The notes beneath the pieces were generated by a model, which was not told the DNA's origin, did not search any database, and was given only the letters and a program-made list of their open reading frames with translations. Positions 25,547 through 37,460 of a stretch of DNA of 64,000 nucleotides are shown here, piece by piece. The position numbers were made by a program, and so were the translations under genes. Every line of letters begins with the position of its first letter. The stretch's first letter is position 1. Source of the DNA: Lama guanicoe (lineage: Eukaryota); the NCBI GenBank assembly GCA_013239625.1, contig MU054338.1, positions 5,494,724 through 5,558,723 on the forward strand, read 5' to 3'.

Positions 25547-25756
25547 TGGCTGAGGGACCCGGGGCCTCGGACAGAGAAGCGCACGCTGTGCTGCGACATG
25601 GTGTGCTTCCTGTTCATCACGCCGCTGGCTGCCATCTCGGGCTGGCTGTGCCTGCGCGGGGCCCAGGACCACCTCCGGCTGCACAGCCGGCTTGAGGCCG
25701 TGGGGCTCATCGCCCTCACCATCGCCCTCTTCACCATCTACGTCCTCTGGACGCTG
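25547..25756 (+). CDS. MARCHF2: MARCHF2 exon encoding both transmembrane helices
   Basis: [70 protein letters not shown]. 210 nt, phase 0-0. Confidence 0.97.
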
Positions 25757-26639
25757 GTGAGTGGCTGGTCACAGGGGGTCAGGCCAGGGGTTTGGTCTGT
25801 GGCTTTGGGGAGCACTGCTCTGCCTGCCTCTGCTTATGGCCCTTGGATGGAAGCGATTCCCAACATCTCACGGAGCTCCACATTCCAAGCCTGACCAAGG
25901 TCCAGGGAAGCCCTGAGCCAGGCATGAGCCTCCTGCCCCAAGGATGCAAGGGTACCTGATCATCTCTGCTGAGTGTAGACCCCTCATCCTCGAGCCCACC
26001 AAGACTGGACTGGCCGGGAGAGGTGGGGAGAGGAAGAGAGCCACCAAGAGCCTGGGAGAGAAAGAGTAGGAGGATAAGAGACACACAGAGAGAGGGGACG
26101 ATCAAGAGACTGAGAGCAAAGGGACTGGGATGGAGAGAAAGTGACTGTGGTGGGGGTGTCATCCTGGCTTCCAGCTTCTGGCTTCCCGCAAGCGTTAGAA
26201 CCCTTGCTCAGAGAGGAAAGGTTCCCAAAGTCCAGCCCCTCAGATAAAACCACTGTTACCCGGCTGTGGGGGTGTTGCCTCCTCGATAATTCCTTCCCAG
26301 TGCTTCCACCAGCATATTTTTTTAAAAGCTTTTTTAAATTGAAGTATACACCAGCGTATTCCTTAATACAAACGAGATGAAATCATGTGCACTGCTCTGC
26401 AGTCTGCTTGTTTTCACTTTGCTGATGTCCTTTACAAAAAAAGACAGCCACCCAACAATCGTTCATCATACGAGTGTGCTATATTTGCTGTATTTATCTA
26501 ACTAATCCCTTTTGATGGACACTGGGATTCTTTCCAATGTTTTTCTTTTCTTTTTTTTCGCCATTATAAACAGTGCTTTGGGTGCCACCCATGCACACGT
26601 TTCTTGGAACTTACTTGGTCAAAGAAGATGGATTTTTGA

Positions 26640-27872
26640 CATTTAATTGAAAAAGTGAGGTTTTTAAAATATACTTTATTACTGCAGTTTTAAGCTTTAC
26701 AGCAAAATTGGGAAGCAGGTACACAGTCCTGAAAAATCCTCTTCCACAGCCGCACAGCTGCACAGCTTCCCCTGCTAGGAACGTGACACCAGAGCAGTAC
26801 ATTCGTTATGACTGATGAGCCAATATTGACATCCTGATCACCCCAAGTCCATGGTTTACGTTAGGGTCCACTTTTGGTGTTGAACAATTTGTGGATTTGG
26901 ACAAATGTGTAATGGCAGGTATCCACTATTAGAGGAGTAAATAGAATAGTTTCATGGCCCTAAAAATCCTTTGTCCTCTGCCTCTTCATCCTTCCCTCCC
27001 CCAGCCCTTGGCAACCACTGATCCTTTTACTGTCGCCATAGTTTTGCCTTTTCCAGACTGTCCTAGAGTTGAAATCATGCAGTATGTGGCCTATTCAGAT
27101 CAACTTCTTTCACTTCATAATATGCATTTAAGTCTCCTCCATGTCTTTCACGGTTTGGAGTTCATTTATTATTTTTTTTTAATTTTTATTTTATGCTTTT
27201 TAACACCTTTATTGTGGTATGGTTCCTGTACAGTAAACTACACATATTTCAGATGTACAGTTCGATGAATTTTGATAGGTGTATACAGCCATGAAACTAC
27301 TACCACAATCAAGATACCTAAGATTTCCATCACTCCCCAAGAGGTACAATTTTCAAATTCCCAATTTATCCCTTCCCACCTCCTTTAACCCCTGGTTACC
27401 ATAAGTTTGTTCTCTATGTCTTTAAGTCTGTTTCTGTTTTGTAGATAAGTTCATTTGTGTCCTTTTTTAGATTCCACATATGATATCATATGGCATTTTT
27501 CTTTCTCTTTCTTACTTCACCTAGAATGATGATCTCCAGGTCCATCCATGTGGCTGCAAATGACATTATTTTATTCTTTTGTATGGCTGATTAGTATTCC
27601 ATTGTATATATATATACCACATCTTCTTTATCCAGTCATCTGTCCATGTATTTTTTTTAATTTTTACTCCTTAAAGGGGTCTGGGGAATTGAACTCAGGA
27701 CCTCATGCATACCAAGCATGCACTCTTAACCACTGAGCTATTACCCTCTTCCCCTATAACTCATTTCTTTTTAGTGCCAAATAATATTCCATTGTCTGGA
27801 TGTCCCGTGTTCGGCTTATCCACTCACCTACTGAAGGACATCTTGACTGCTTCTAAATTTTAACAATTATGT
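26640..27872 (-). mobile_element. Nested LINE-1 fragments plus tRNA-Ala SINE (27651-27754)
   Basis: Old L1 3' UTR text is interrupted at about 27165 and resumes at about 27757; other L1 pieces and a SINE lie between. Confidence 0.7.
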
Positions 27873-28227
27873 GACCCACGGACATTTGGCCCATTCCTAG
27901 AGGCTGTATCACTTCACCGGCACCCTCTGAGAGTCAGGAGGGGAGATTCTTGGACACCCCCCGCCCCCCAGTCCATCCTGCTGCAGACCCTTGCACCTTG
28001 GCAGGGCCCTGAGTGCTGGCAAGAGTTTCCCCTGGAGAGCAAATGAGTGTGTGTGCACCGCCTGCGTGGCAGATGCCCGGGCGCGGTCTCTGCTTTTGGA
28101 AGCACGAGGCTGGCCCTGGTCTGGGTCAAGGCAGGTGCCTCAGGGGGTCCAGTCTTCCTCTCCTGGGGCTGGAGGGAGGCTGGCTGGCAGGCTGAACCCC
28201 CACCCATCCCCGCGTTGCCCCCCGCAG

Positions 28228-28386
28228 GTCTCCTTCCGTTACCATTGCCAGCTGTACTCCGAGTGGAGGAGGACCAACCAGAAAGTGCGCCTGAAGATCC
28301 GGGCCGCCGACGGCTCCGAGGGCTCCCAGCCGTCCCCGCTGGCGGCGGGACTGCTGAAGAAGGCAGCAGACGAGACGCCTGTGTGA
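28228..28386 (+). CDS. MARCHF2: MARCHF2 last coding exon (C-terminal PDZ-binding ETPV)
   Basis: [55 protein letters not shown]. Total CDS 176+196+210+159=741 nt (246 aa). Confidence 0.97.
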   Translation, partial: VSFRYHCQLYSEWRRTNQKVRLKIRAADGSEGSQPSPLAAGLLKKAADETPV

Positions 28387-28813
28387 AGGCCGGGCCGGCC
28401 GGGCCAGAGGCAGCTGGCGATGCCCTGGTGTTTGGAAGGACAGAAACTGCGCAACCCTTCCTGCCCTCACGGCCGGAAACGCTTCTTAGGCGGAGACCTG
28501 ATTCTGGGAGTCGAATCAGGGATCCCGTGTGAAGTTATTGTCAGATTGTTTTGCACACTCTTGTACACGAGGAGGAGAACAGGCAGATGTAGTCCTGAGC
28601 TTCGGATGGAGCAGGCGCCCTGATCTCATTCCGAGGTCCACCAGGGCCGGCAGGCGAGGCCAGTCGAGGGCACCGATCTGGCCGGGAGGTCCCACAAGCT
28701 TCTGGCATTTCTCTGCACCTGGCTGGCCTGCTTGCCTGGCCCCCTCGACTTTATAAAGTTGCACCACAGTTTCAAACCCCCACCCCACCCCACCTCCACC
28801 CCCACCCCCAATG

Positions 28814-28819
28814 AATAAA
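28814..28819 (+). terminator. MARCHF2: MARCHF2 polyadenylation signal AATAAA
   Basis: Canonical hexamer about 430 nt after the stop, followed by GU/U-rich ttgtctgtcctgttt. Confidence 0.85.
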
Positions 28820-29050
28820 AGGAGCCTTTGCTGGACAAAATGGACTTGTCTGTCCTGTTTCTGGACAGAGGCCTCAAAGTGAGGGTCCCACACTGAGGGG
28901 AGTCAGGGACCGCACAGAGGTACCAACAGCAACCCATGAGCTGGTTTGAGGGATCTGTTACGAAACACAGGGCAAGAAGCAAAGTCTGAGTATTCAAGGG
29001 AAGAGCAGGAACCAGACAATGAAATAAATGATTTAAAGGAAAGGTACAGT

Positions 29051-29148
29051 GGGGACGGTATAGCTCAGTGTTAGAGTCCCTGCAGGAGGTCCTGGGTTCA
29101 ATCCCCGGTACCTCCATTTTAAACAAACAAACCAACCTAATTACCCCC
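29051..29148 (+). mobile_element. tRNA-Ala-derived SINE (Vic-1-like), internally deleted
   Basis: ggggacggtatagctcagtgttagag...gaggtcctgggttcaatccccggtacctcc...aacctaattacccccc. Confidence 0.82.
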
Positions 29149-31859
29149 CGGTAGAGAAATGTACATAAGAAGAATAGTTTCCACTTACTGTACATCTACC
29201 AAGGGCCAGATACTATGTTGGGTGCTTTATGCTCACTAATAACTAATGTCCACACTTACCAAGGGTCACCCACAGTGGGGCTCAGCTCTGAGCCTTAACA
29301 GGCATCTTTGCTCTGACTCTTGCTACCATCCTCAGCAGGAGGAATGGCTCTTACCTCCATTTTACAGATGAGAAGACTGAGGCCCAGAGCAGGGAAGACT
29401 TTGTTGAAGGTCCCACAGCCCTAGGAAGTGGAGTTGGGGTAGACCCCAGGTCTGCATGGCCCCAGTGCCGAGCTTTCTGCTTCCCCTTCCCAGAGGACTC
29501 GAGAAAAACAGCAGAATTACGGTTATGCTAATAACAGCACCTACCTCCTGAGCACCTTTGGAGGTTTTTCACATTTGAGGGTCCTTTGCATTGGGCCACA
29601 TTTCATACTCAGAGCAGCCCTGAAAGGTGGTTCTGGCATTCTCATTAATTTCATTTGCAGATGGGCAAACAGGCTCAGAACCGTGGGGTCACTCACCCCC
29701 AGGTTACACCTCCCCAGTGAGTCTAGTACTATGTCTGGTTGTTCTGTTGTTTTGTGCATGGATCCCTGTCTGGTATGTGGCTCACCCATATAGGAAATAA
29801 ATCCCTTTCTGCCTCATCCGGGAAGAGCGAGAAAATCCAGCAGGGGTGTGGGAGTGGAGGGAACAGCAAAGGGCCAAGGTCGGGAGGCTGGAACCTGTGT
29901 GGCGTCTAGGAGGAACAGCATGGCAGACAGGCCATGTGTGCAGTTGTGTGATTGAGGGAGTCAGTCAGAAAGAGAAGCAGGGCCTTGTAGGCATCTGGCC
30001 ATGTCTGCAGAAACACAGGGTCACACCCAAATGCATAAACTGTTCTTGCCCCTATAGCTTCTCACCTCCGCAGGCCAACTTTGGAGCATGGTGCTCCTGC
30101 AGATGTTGTAGAGGCCCCAGGATATGCTGTCATGAAAAAAGAAAGCTGCTGCCTTTGCAAATCTCTTCATAGTTTCCAATACATTGAGGAGAAAGTTGGA
30201 GTTTGGTGCTAGACTGTCTTTAATGACCCTTAACCTTAGAAAGAAGAGAGAAAGTCCCAGGCTCAGAGACTTCAGCAGAGTGTATGACTGAATTTATACT
30301 TTAATAGCTATCATCCTCATATTTTTTTACAATGAAGTACTTACAGCAAGTTTGAAACATGGGTGGTGATGTAAAGCAAAATTTAAAAACATGCTTCTTC
30401 CAAAAGGAAATAAAGTGTCAATTACAGGAAAGAATGAAAGAAATAATGTTTCAGGTGATGGTAAAACCCAGGATTCTGGGCACTGTTGGGTTAAGTCAAC
30501 CAGCCTATGGGAGCAGAGCCTGGAAGAGAGTTTGTCTCCTTGGCTTGGGCCTGGCTTGCCCCTGATCTCCAGTCATACCCACTGCGGGAGGAGGGATCAG
30601 AGAAGAGGTGGCTTCTTGTCCCTGCTACTTTGCATTTGGACTCCTCTCCCTGATTCTGACAGACTACTCTGGCCTTTTCCACCATTTCTGAGCCCTGCTG
30701 GACAAGGGAATTCAGAGGATTGAGAGGCTCATGGCCCAGGGGCCCCTCTGGTCTAGAGAGGTCTAAGAGAGAAGAGATAAACTGAGATAGATTCCAGTGA
30801 GGCCATGGGAGAAGGGTTGGTGTGCACAGGGGAGTTTAGTAGAGCAGAGATTTCGGGGGGCAGGGAGGCAGGTAGTAAGAGGGTGTAGGGCTTTCAGATG
30901 GACCAGAGAAAGAAATTATGTGAGACAGGGAGTTTGGGAAGTATGTGGGAATGGGAACTGAAAAGAGAGAGTGGGGCCTAGATTCTGTGTCAGGCTGGGT
31001 TACTGGATTTATTCTCTGGGACTGGAGTTCTTAACCTGGGTGGAATCACCAGGCTGAATTAAACATTTAACTTGGAGGGAGGTGTGGCAGGTGAGATAGT
31101 TCCCCCAGAGCCTGATGAAATATAGTCATTCTGTGAGAGAAGGGGGAAAAAACACTTTTTTTTTTTTGTGAACTTAAGAGTTTGGTGGCTAGATGGGAAC
31201 TTCTCCAAGATCCAGTGAAGCATTTAAAAGTACCAGACACCAGAGAGACAGGCAACTGCTGGGAAGGGGGCCTGAGGCCTCTGAATGCTCCCCTGGGCTC
31301 TGGTCTCTTCCCAGGCCATTGTGGCTGCCCCAGGCCACAGTCCTGTAACAACCCTGCACACCCATTTGGGAACAGGGCCAAACTTTCAGGGCAGAGGGAC
31401 CCAGGGTCAGGCAGGAAGGAGCCTTATCATTTCTTCCATCACCTTTGTGTTCTTGCTTGTTCATTCACTCAAGAAACATCCATAAGTGCGTACGAAGTCT
31501 CCAACTATGCGTTTGGCTGTTGGTTGATGGGTTCACAGAGAGACTTAGGTAGGCCATGGGCTCGCACCCAGGAGTGCTCAGTAGGGTGGGGAGACAGGCT
31601 GGATAGAGCCTAGATATTCTTGGTGCAGCATGATACTTGCTTAGAGAGATAGCATTCTGCACACCTGTCCCATTGTCTGGCCCTTCGATGTCCTACTCTT
31701 GTTTGGCTAAATCCTTTATTGCCAAGTAAACAGAACTTTCGCTGCCCTTCTGTCCCAGCTCCGATTATAGAAAGCTGGAAGTGACTAGATCCGGGTAGAG
31801 GGGTGGAGAGATGCTTCCCCCACCAGACCTCGAGAGAGGGGATGGACTATCCCGTAGGT

Positions 31860-32830
31860 GCCAAACGCAAGTTTGTTACGAGAATGAGTAACAGCTGCCG
31901 GTCCGCGTCTGCGCGCGGTGGGGGTGTGGCCAGGGCAGGGGCGTGGCCTAGGGCGGGAGGGAATGAGGCGGGAGCCGGCCGCGGCGCGCGCAGGCGTTAC
32001 TGGTCGCGCCGGGTCACGTGAGCGCGCAGGCGCAGCTCTGCACAGCTCGCTCCCTCACACAAAGCCCAGACGCGGAGAAAATGGCGGCAGGGGTCGAAGC
32101 GGCGGCCGAGGTGGCGGCGACTGAGCCCAAAATGGAGGAGGAGAGCGGCGCGCCCGGCGTGCCGAGCGGCAACGGAGCTCCAGGCCCAAAGGGGTGAGTA
32201 TTCCACGGCTCCTTGTCCCAGGCTGGGCACTTCAGCGGCGGCCGGCGGCGGCTTCGTTAGTTCTGTTGGCGGCCTCCCCTCGGCGCGGGCTCGTCCGGGC
32301 CTTTCCCGCAGGGTCTGCCGAGGGTGGGGGCTGTCTAGGCTGTGAGAGGTGAAGCCCTGCGGCCCCAAGGATTGCTTCCTCCTCCCAGGCCTCGGGCCTC
32401 AACTCCTCCGGTCCCTCCAGGCCGGGTCCGACCCCGACGCTGAGGCCTTAGTCCCGGCCTCTGCGCGTGGGGATAATGGCGCGCGGGCCGGGGAGCCGAC
32501 AGGTCTCTGAGTCCGCGACCGGCTCGCCGGTCAGGTGACCTTGAGCACGTGGTTTCACGTCTCTCTGGTCGCCCAGGGCCTCAGTTTCCCTATCCGTAAA
32601 GTGGGGGGAGGGGAGGGAGTGCGTACGCAGGGCTTCGCGCGCGGTCAGTCCTGGTAAACGGTAGCAGAGGCGGGTAGGTATCGGGAAGGACCTCGAGGCG
32701 GGATCGCGACGCCTCTCCATCCACCCCTCCCCCCGGGCCCGCGCCCCCCCCCCACCCCCCCCCCCCCCGCCCCCCCGGGAGTGCCTCCGACTTCGGTCGG
32801 CGCCTCTGGCCCGGGCTCAAGTGCCTCACC
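31860..32830. promoter_or_regulatory. HNRNPM: CpG-island promoter and exon 1 region of HNRNPM
   Basis: Dense CpG and GC boxes. E-box GTCACGTGA at 32013-32021, NRF1-like GCGCAGGCGCA at 32024-32034, YY1-like AAAATGGCGGC over the start codon at 32078-32088. Confidence 0.88.
32081..32193 (+). CDS. HNRNPM: HNRNPM coding exon 1
   Basis: MAAGVEAAAEVAATEPKMEEESGAPGVPSGNGAPGPK(G). Donor GTGAGT at 32194. 113 nt. Confidence 0.96.
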
Positions 32831-34623
32831 TCCTCCCCAGGTGCGCAGTAGGTGTTTGTGGAGAGATCGCACCAGCTGCGGAGTGTTCAGCAGTAGAAAC
32901 AAAGTGTAGGAAAAAAAAAAAGGAAAGGGAAACATCCTCTTCCGTGTTCCAGGGGAAAATTTTTCCATCATTAGGCGGGCTCACCCATTTCCAAACTCCG
33001 TCACTTTGTCGAGTTCTGCTTAGGGCTTTGGTTTTTAAGGTTTGCTTAAAGCCTTATCTTGGGTTCCCGTGAACCTCACTCATTCTGATTACAGTCACCT
33101 GAAAGACGCGGAGAGACATTTTGGCTTCGACCAGCAGCAGTGGAGGGAGGAGAGGGGAAGCCTGGGCACGTACTTGATTTCCCACACGCATTTAAAAAAA
33201 AAATAGTGGTAACTTACACATAAGGTGAAATTTACAATTTTAACCATTTTTAAGTGTACGATTCAGTGGCATCAAGTGCATTTGCGGTATTGTGCAACTA
33301 ACGCCTGTATCCATGTCAGCTTTTTTACCATCCCAAACAGAAACTGTAGCCATTGAATATTCTCCCCCTCTCCTGGTTACCTGTGTTGTACTTTTGTTTC
33401 CTATGAATTTGCCTTCCCACAACTTTTAATGTGCATAATTACGGTTTGTGGGGATTAAAAGCCAATGTAGTTAAAGCACTTTGTTAATGAGCATTCACTA
33501 AATGTTAGCTGTGTTGTTAAACTTTCTCTCCTTAGGTGGGGAGGAACAAATACTAAGTATGGTTACTGGTCCTTGGAAATCAGGAGAAAGGCATCCTGAA
33601 AGTATTCCCAACACTTTATTCTTGAAAACTCTGGAAAGGGACATGTTCTCTTAGACTTTTTTCATTATCAGTCTAGGGGAGCCTAGTAGAATTTTTGAGA
33701 GCCATATTTGGAGGCCTTTAAGATACATTTATTTCCTGTATTTTCTTGTTTTCTTTCAAAGCAGTTATCCCAGGATGGAGTGCTGCTAGAATCGTGCTAG
33801 GTGAGAAGTTATTAGTTACAGATTATAGCATCTGGGGTACATTTTCCAAATTTCCCATTTTCCACTGTCCATTTCCAAATAGTCATTTTGTGACCGATTC
33901 ATTGACAGACATAACACATGCGCTAATAGAATCTTGAAGGTTTTAGAGATAAAATAGCCCTTGTTGGAAAGAACCTCAGAGTCTGGGTCTGCTTAATAGA
34001 GAATATTTTAGGGAGCTAGCAACACTTCATAGGGCTGGCCATTGGAAAACTGTGTGTGGGCTTTTTGTTTTTGTGGGTTTTTTTGCATTACAGAACTTTT
34101 GAAGTGGAACTCTTTACAAAACAAAGCCCATGCTCACAGAGGGAGGCCAACTGATATTTTTGTGGTATGGTAATTGTGCTGTGATAAAAGTAAAAGGAGT
34201 TACCAGGTAGGGATTAATGAAGGGGTTACCCCCCACCCTCTGCCTAACCCTCTAGGGGTCAAGGGGATGTTCCTTCTGGAAGAGGATGAAAGGTGATGAC
34301 TGGGAAGAGGCAGAGTGGAGAGTGTCCAAAGACTAGGCATTTTGATATATGCTTTAAATATAAAGAACTGAAACTTATGGAACTTTGGGGGCCAGCTGGT
34401 GGGCATCCCAGGTTAAGGAATTTTTATCTTGAAAGCCTTTGAGGGATGGGAAACGTGGCTTTCCTTACCTTTGTCTCCACCAGGAGTGGAATGTGCTGTA
34501 AACCAAAAAGGCAATGAGACAGCAAGCTTGATGAGGACCCCAGATAGGACAGCTTGTTTTGCAGTTCTTTTTCTCCTGGATGTGAGAGGGTGATTTGTTT
34601 TATTTTGATGAGAATCTATTCCA

Positions 34624-34732
34624 GGGGCGAGGTGGTAGAGCGCATGCTTAGCATGCACGAGGTCCTGGGTTCAATCCCCAGTACCTCCATTAAAAAACAA
34701 ATGAATAAGTAAATAAACCTGACCCCCCCCCC
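34624..34732 (+). mobile_element. tRNA-Ala-derived SINE (Vic-1-like)
   Basis: gtggtagagcgcatgcttagcatgcacgaggtcctgggttcaatccccagtacctcc plus tail. Confidence 0.87.
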
Positions 34733-35173
34733 AATTTATTTCATCTGAAGTCAGTCAACAGTTAGAGATTGAGTATGTGTATGTAGTCAGCGGGGGAAAG
34801 GATTTATTTTGGAGACTTAACATAGGCTTGGGTTTGATTTATTTATTTTTTAACCATAAAGTTTGTACCATATATTTAAAATCAGTGACGTACTCCACTT
34901 CCACATCAGTCTTGTGGCTGAATTAGAAAACAGAGAGAGGTTGGCTGTTTAAAAAATAAAAATGTATACTTATTATAGTTCCTGGGGAAGTAATGTTAAT
35001 GATAATCTTGTTTTACAATTGAGAAAAACTTTTCTTTTTCTTTTGTTTTTTTAAACTATTGAGAAAACAAATTAAGGAAGTTGAGCCAGAGTCTAGGGGA
35101 GGCCGTCTTGACTCCATGGCCCTTGCTGTGTCCACAATACAACCCTGGTAACCTCTCACTAAACAGTCTTTTG

Positions 35174-35296
35174 GGAAGGGAGGGGTGGGGGGTAATTAGG
35201 TTTATTTATTCTTATATATTAATGGAGGTACTGGGGATTGAACACAGGACCTCGTGTATGCTAAGCACACATTCCACCAGTGAGCTATACCTTCCT
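35174..35296 (-). mobile_element. tRNA-Ala-derived SINE (Vic-1-like)
   Basis: ggggtaattaggtttattt...ggaggtactggggattgaac...tgagctatac. Confidence 0.85.
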
Positions 35297-36361
35297 CACA
35301 GTCTGAATTTTTTAAAAGCAAGTTCTTTATGCTTTGCATAAAGATTTCAGTGTTTGCTGTACTTTAAAAAATGGTTGTACACCTGATAAAAATAATTTTG
35401 AGGCACATTAGATTGTGAACTCAGATTAGAATGGGGGCTCTGGATTGCATGCTACCAGCTCTTTGCTTTCATTTTGCTCTTTGATTTGATTCGTAACTAG
35501 GCAAAGAGATACTAGTCTGAGAGGCTAGGTTGCTTGCTTCTTTTAGGGGTTCTCAGATGGGCTCTCCTATTACCATGTTTTGCAGTCAAAGAGGTGAAAG
35601 CTGAGTTGCTCCTTCAGTAGTCTGATGAATACAATGTGAATTTTCTCAGCCACTGCCCCGGTGGGCTTGTTTTAAAGCCTAATCGGCATGTGCACTGTTT
35701 AGACGGCTAGGAGTGTATCAGTCTCCCTTCAGAAAATTACTGGTACAAGAATATATCATTGCCACAGTTAGTGTGCCGAGTTTCTTCTTTAAACCTGTAA
35801 GTATGGGTAGTAACCTTTCACAGATGAAGGAACTGAGTCTTGGCAACTAGCAGATGGCGTTGTGGTTTAGACCTAGGTGGATGACCCTACCTCTTAGTCA
35901 CCTGTAGTACTGCTCCCTTAGATATTCTCACCTAACATTTACTAAGCTACTTACTGTCAGGCTGTTTGTTGATTCTCACAAACATCCCAGCAAACTACCA
36001 TGGGTACAGGTTATGCTGATTTTGCTAGTAAAGAATCAGAGAGGTAAAGAGCTTGAGTCACGTGGGTAGTTAAGTGGTGGACCTGGAGCTGGAGTAGTAC
36101 TATGAATAGTGCTCTCCACATCTTAAATGCATTAGAGGAGCTCAGGATTGAAAGGATTTCTGTGAAGAATCATTTTACATAAGGGATGGTTCTCTAGGGA
36201 ATTTGTGGGTAGGGGAAGTCTTTTCCTTCAGAAGATATGATCTGGATTTCAAGGTATTGGGGTTGCCATTTCAAACTACACTCTTGATTGAAAAACTCAA
36301 AGTAGTGAGTGTTATACATGGGAAAGCCATAGAGACTTAAGAGAGGGTAAGGATTTACTGG

Positions 36362-37299
36362 TTTGCTTGCCCCTTTGTAATCCTGAGTACTCCTTTTCCC
36401 CACGTCAGGTACCTGTTGATCTGCTTTCCGTTAGTATGCACCAGTGGTTCTCAACCTGATGGTTTCTTTTTTTCCCTCCAGGGGACATATGGAAGTGTCT
36501 TAAGAGATATTTTTGATATGGTAAATGTAGCAGTCCTTTATGGAGTAGGCACTCAATCTTTTTTTTTTTTTAAGTTGTGATCTTTACATATAGTATAATT
36601 CTAGTATGGTGTAGCAGTGACATGATAAATGATCAGTTTTCAGAGAATGCAGTCAGTGAAACAGTTCCAAAGCCATGTCAAATACAACTAATCTTGTTTT
36701 AATGACTTCAGAAGTCTTTACAGATACTTTAGGTTTGTCTTTATCGATGTATTATGAACTAGGTGGATAGAATGTCAGAAAGTTTTTAATATATTGGGTC
36801 TGTTTAGAACGTCAGGTAGATGATTGGTTGCCAGAATCAGATGTTCACAGTTTTCCTTGAGAATTGGGAGCCTGTTAGCAAGGAGCATATTGGTAAAGGC
36901 ATTTAGCTGGCCTAGGTAGCTTCAGTTTCTTTGAAAGATTACAAATTTGTTACTTTATACTGGAATTACAAGTTAAGTTATATTGGGGTTAGGTTTGAAA
37001 TTTAATGAACGTGAGTAGAAACTGAAACAGCATTGTATAATTGGTACAATAAACTGCATGTGTTGAAAGTGTACAATTTGATAAATGTCAATTTATGGAA
37101 CCCTCACAGAACCAAGATAATAAAAATATCCATAGCCCCCAGAACTTTTTGCTTGTTCCTTTGTAATCCTGAGTACTCCTTTTCCCCACTTCAGGTACCT
37201 GTTGATCTGCTTTCCATTAGTATGCACCAGTGGTTCTCAACCTGATTTCTTTTTTTCCCTCCAGGGGACATTTGGAAGTGTCTAAGAGATATTTTTGAT
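36362..37299. repeat. Dispersed direct repeat of about 155 bp (36362-36517 and 37148-37299)
   Basis: cctttgtaatcctgagtactccttttccccac...aagagatatttttgat occurs twice with a few differences. Confidence 0.93.
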
Positions 37300-37460
37300 C
37301 TTCCTCTTCAAGTCTGAGGAATGGGGCTGCTACTGGCATCTTGTGGGTAGAGGTTAGGGATGCTCTTAAACATCCTGCAGTGCATGGGATAGCCTCGCAC
37401 GACAAAAGGATTATCTGGCCCAAAATACCAGTAGTGTTGAGGTTAAGAAAAGAAAACCTG
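37228..37460. mobile_element. MER20-like hAT-Charlie DNA transposon remnant inside an L1 fragment (about 37020-37810)
   Basis: cagtggttctcaac...ggggacatttgg...tgctactggcatc..gtgggtagagg..agggatgct..taaacatcct...attatctggcccaaaat...; family assigned from memory. Confidence 0.7.

Noticed and set aside
25298..25894. 198-aa ORF as a stand-alone gene (likewise 27991-28386 and 23974-24210)
   Set aside because: These are MARCHF2 exons extended into flanking intron by chance open frames.
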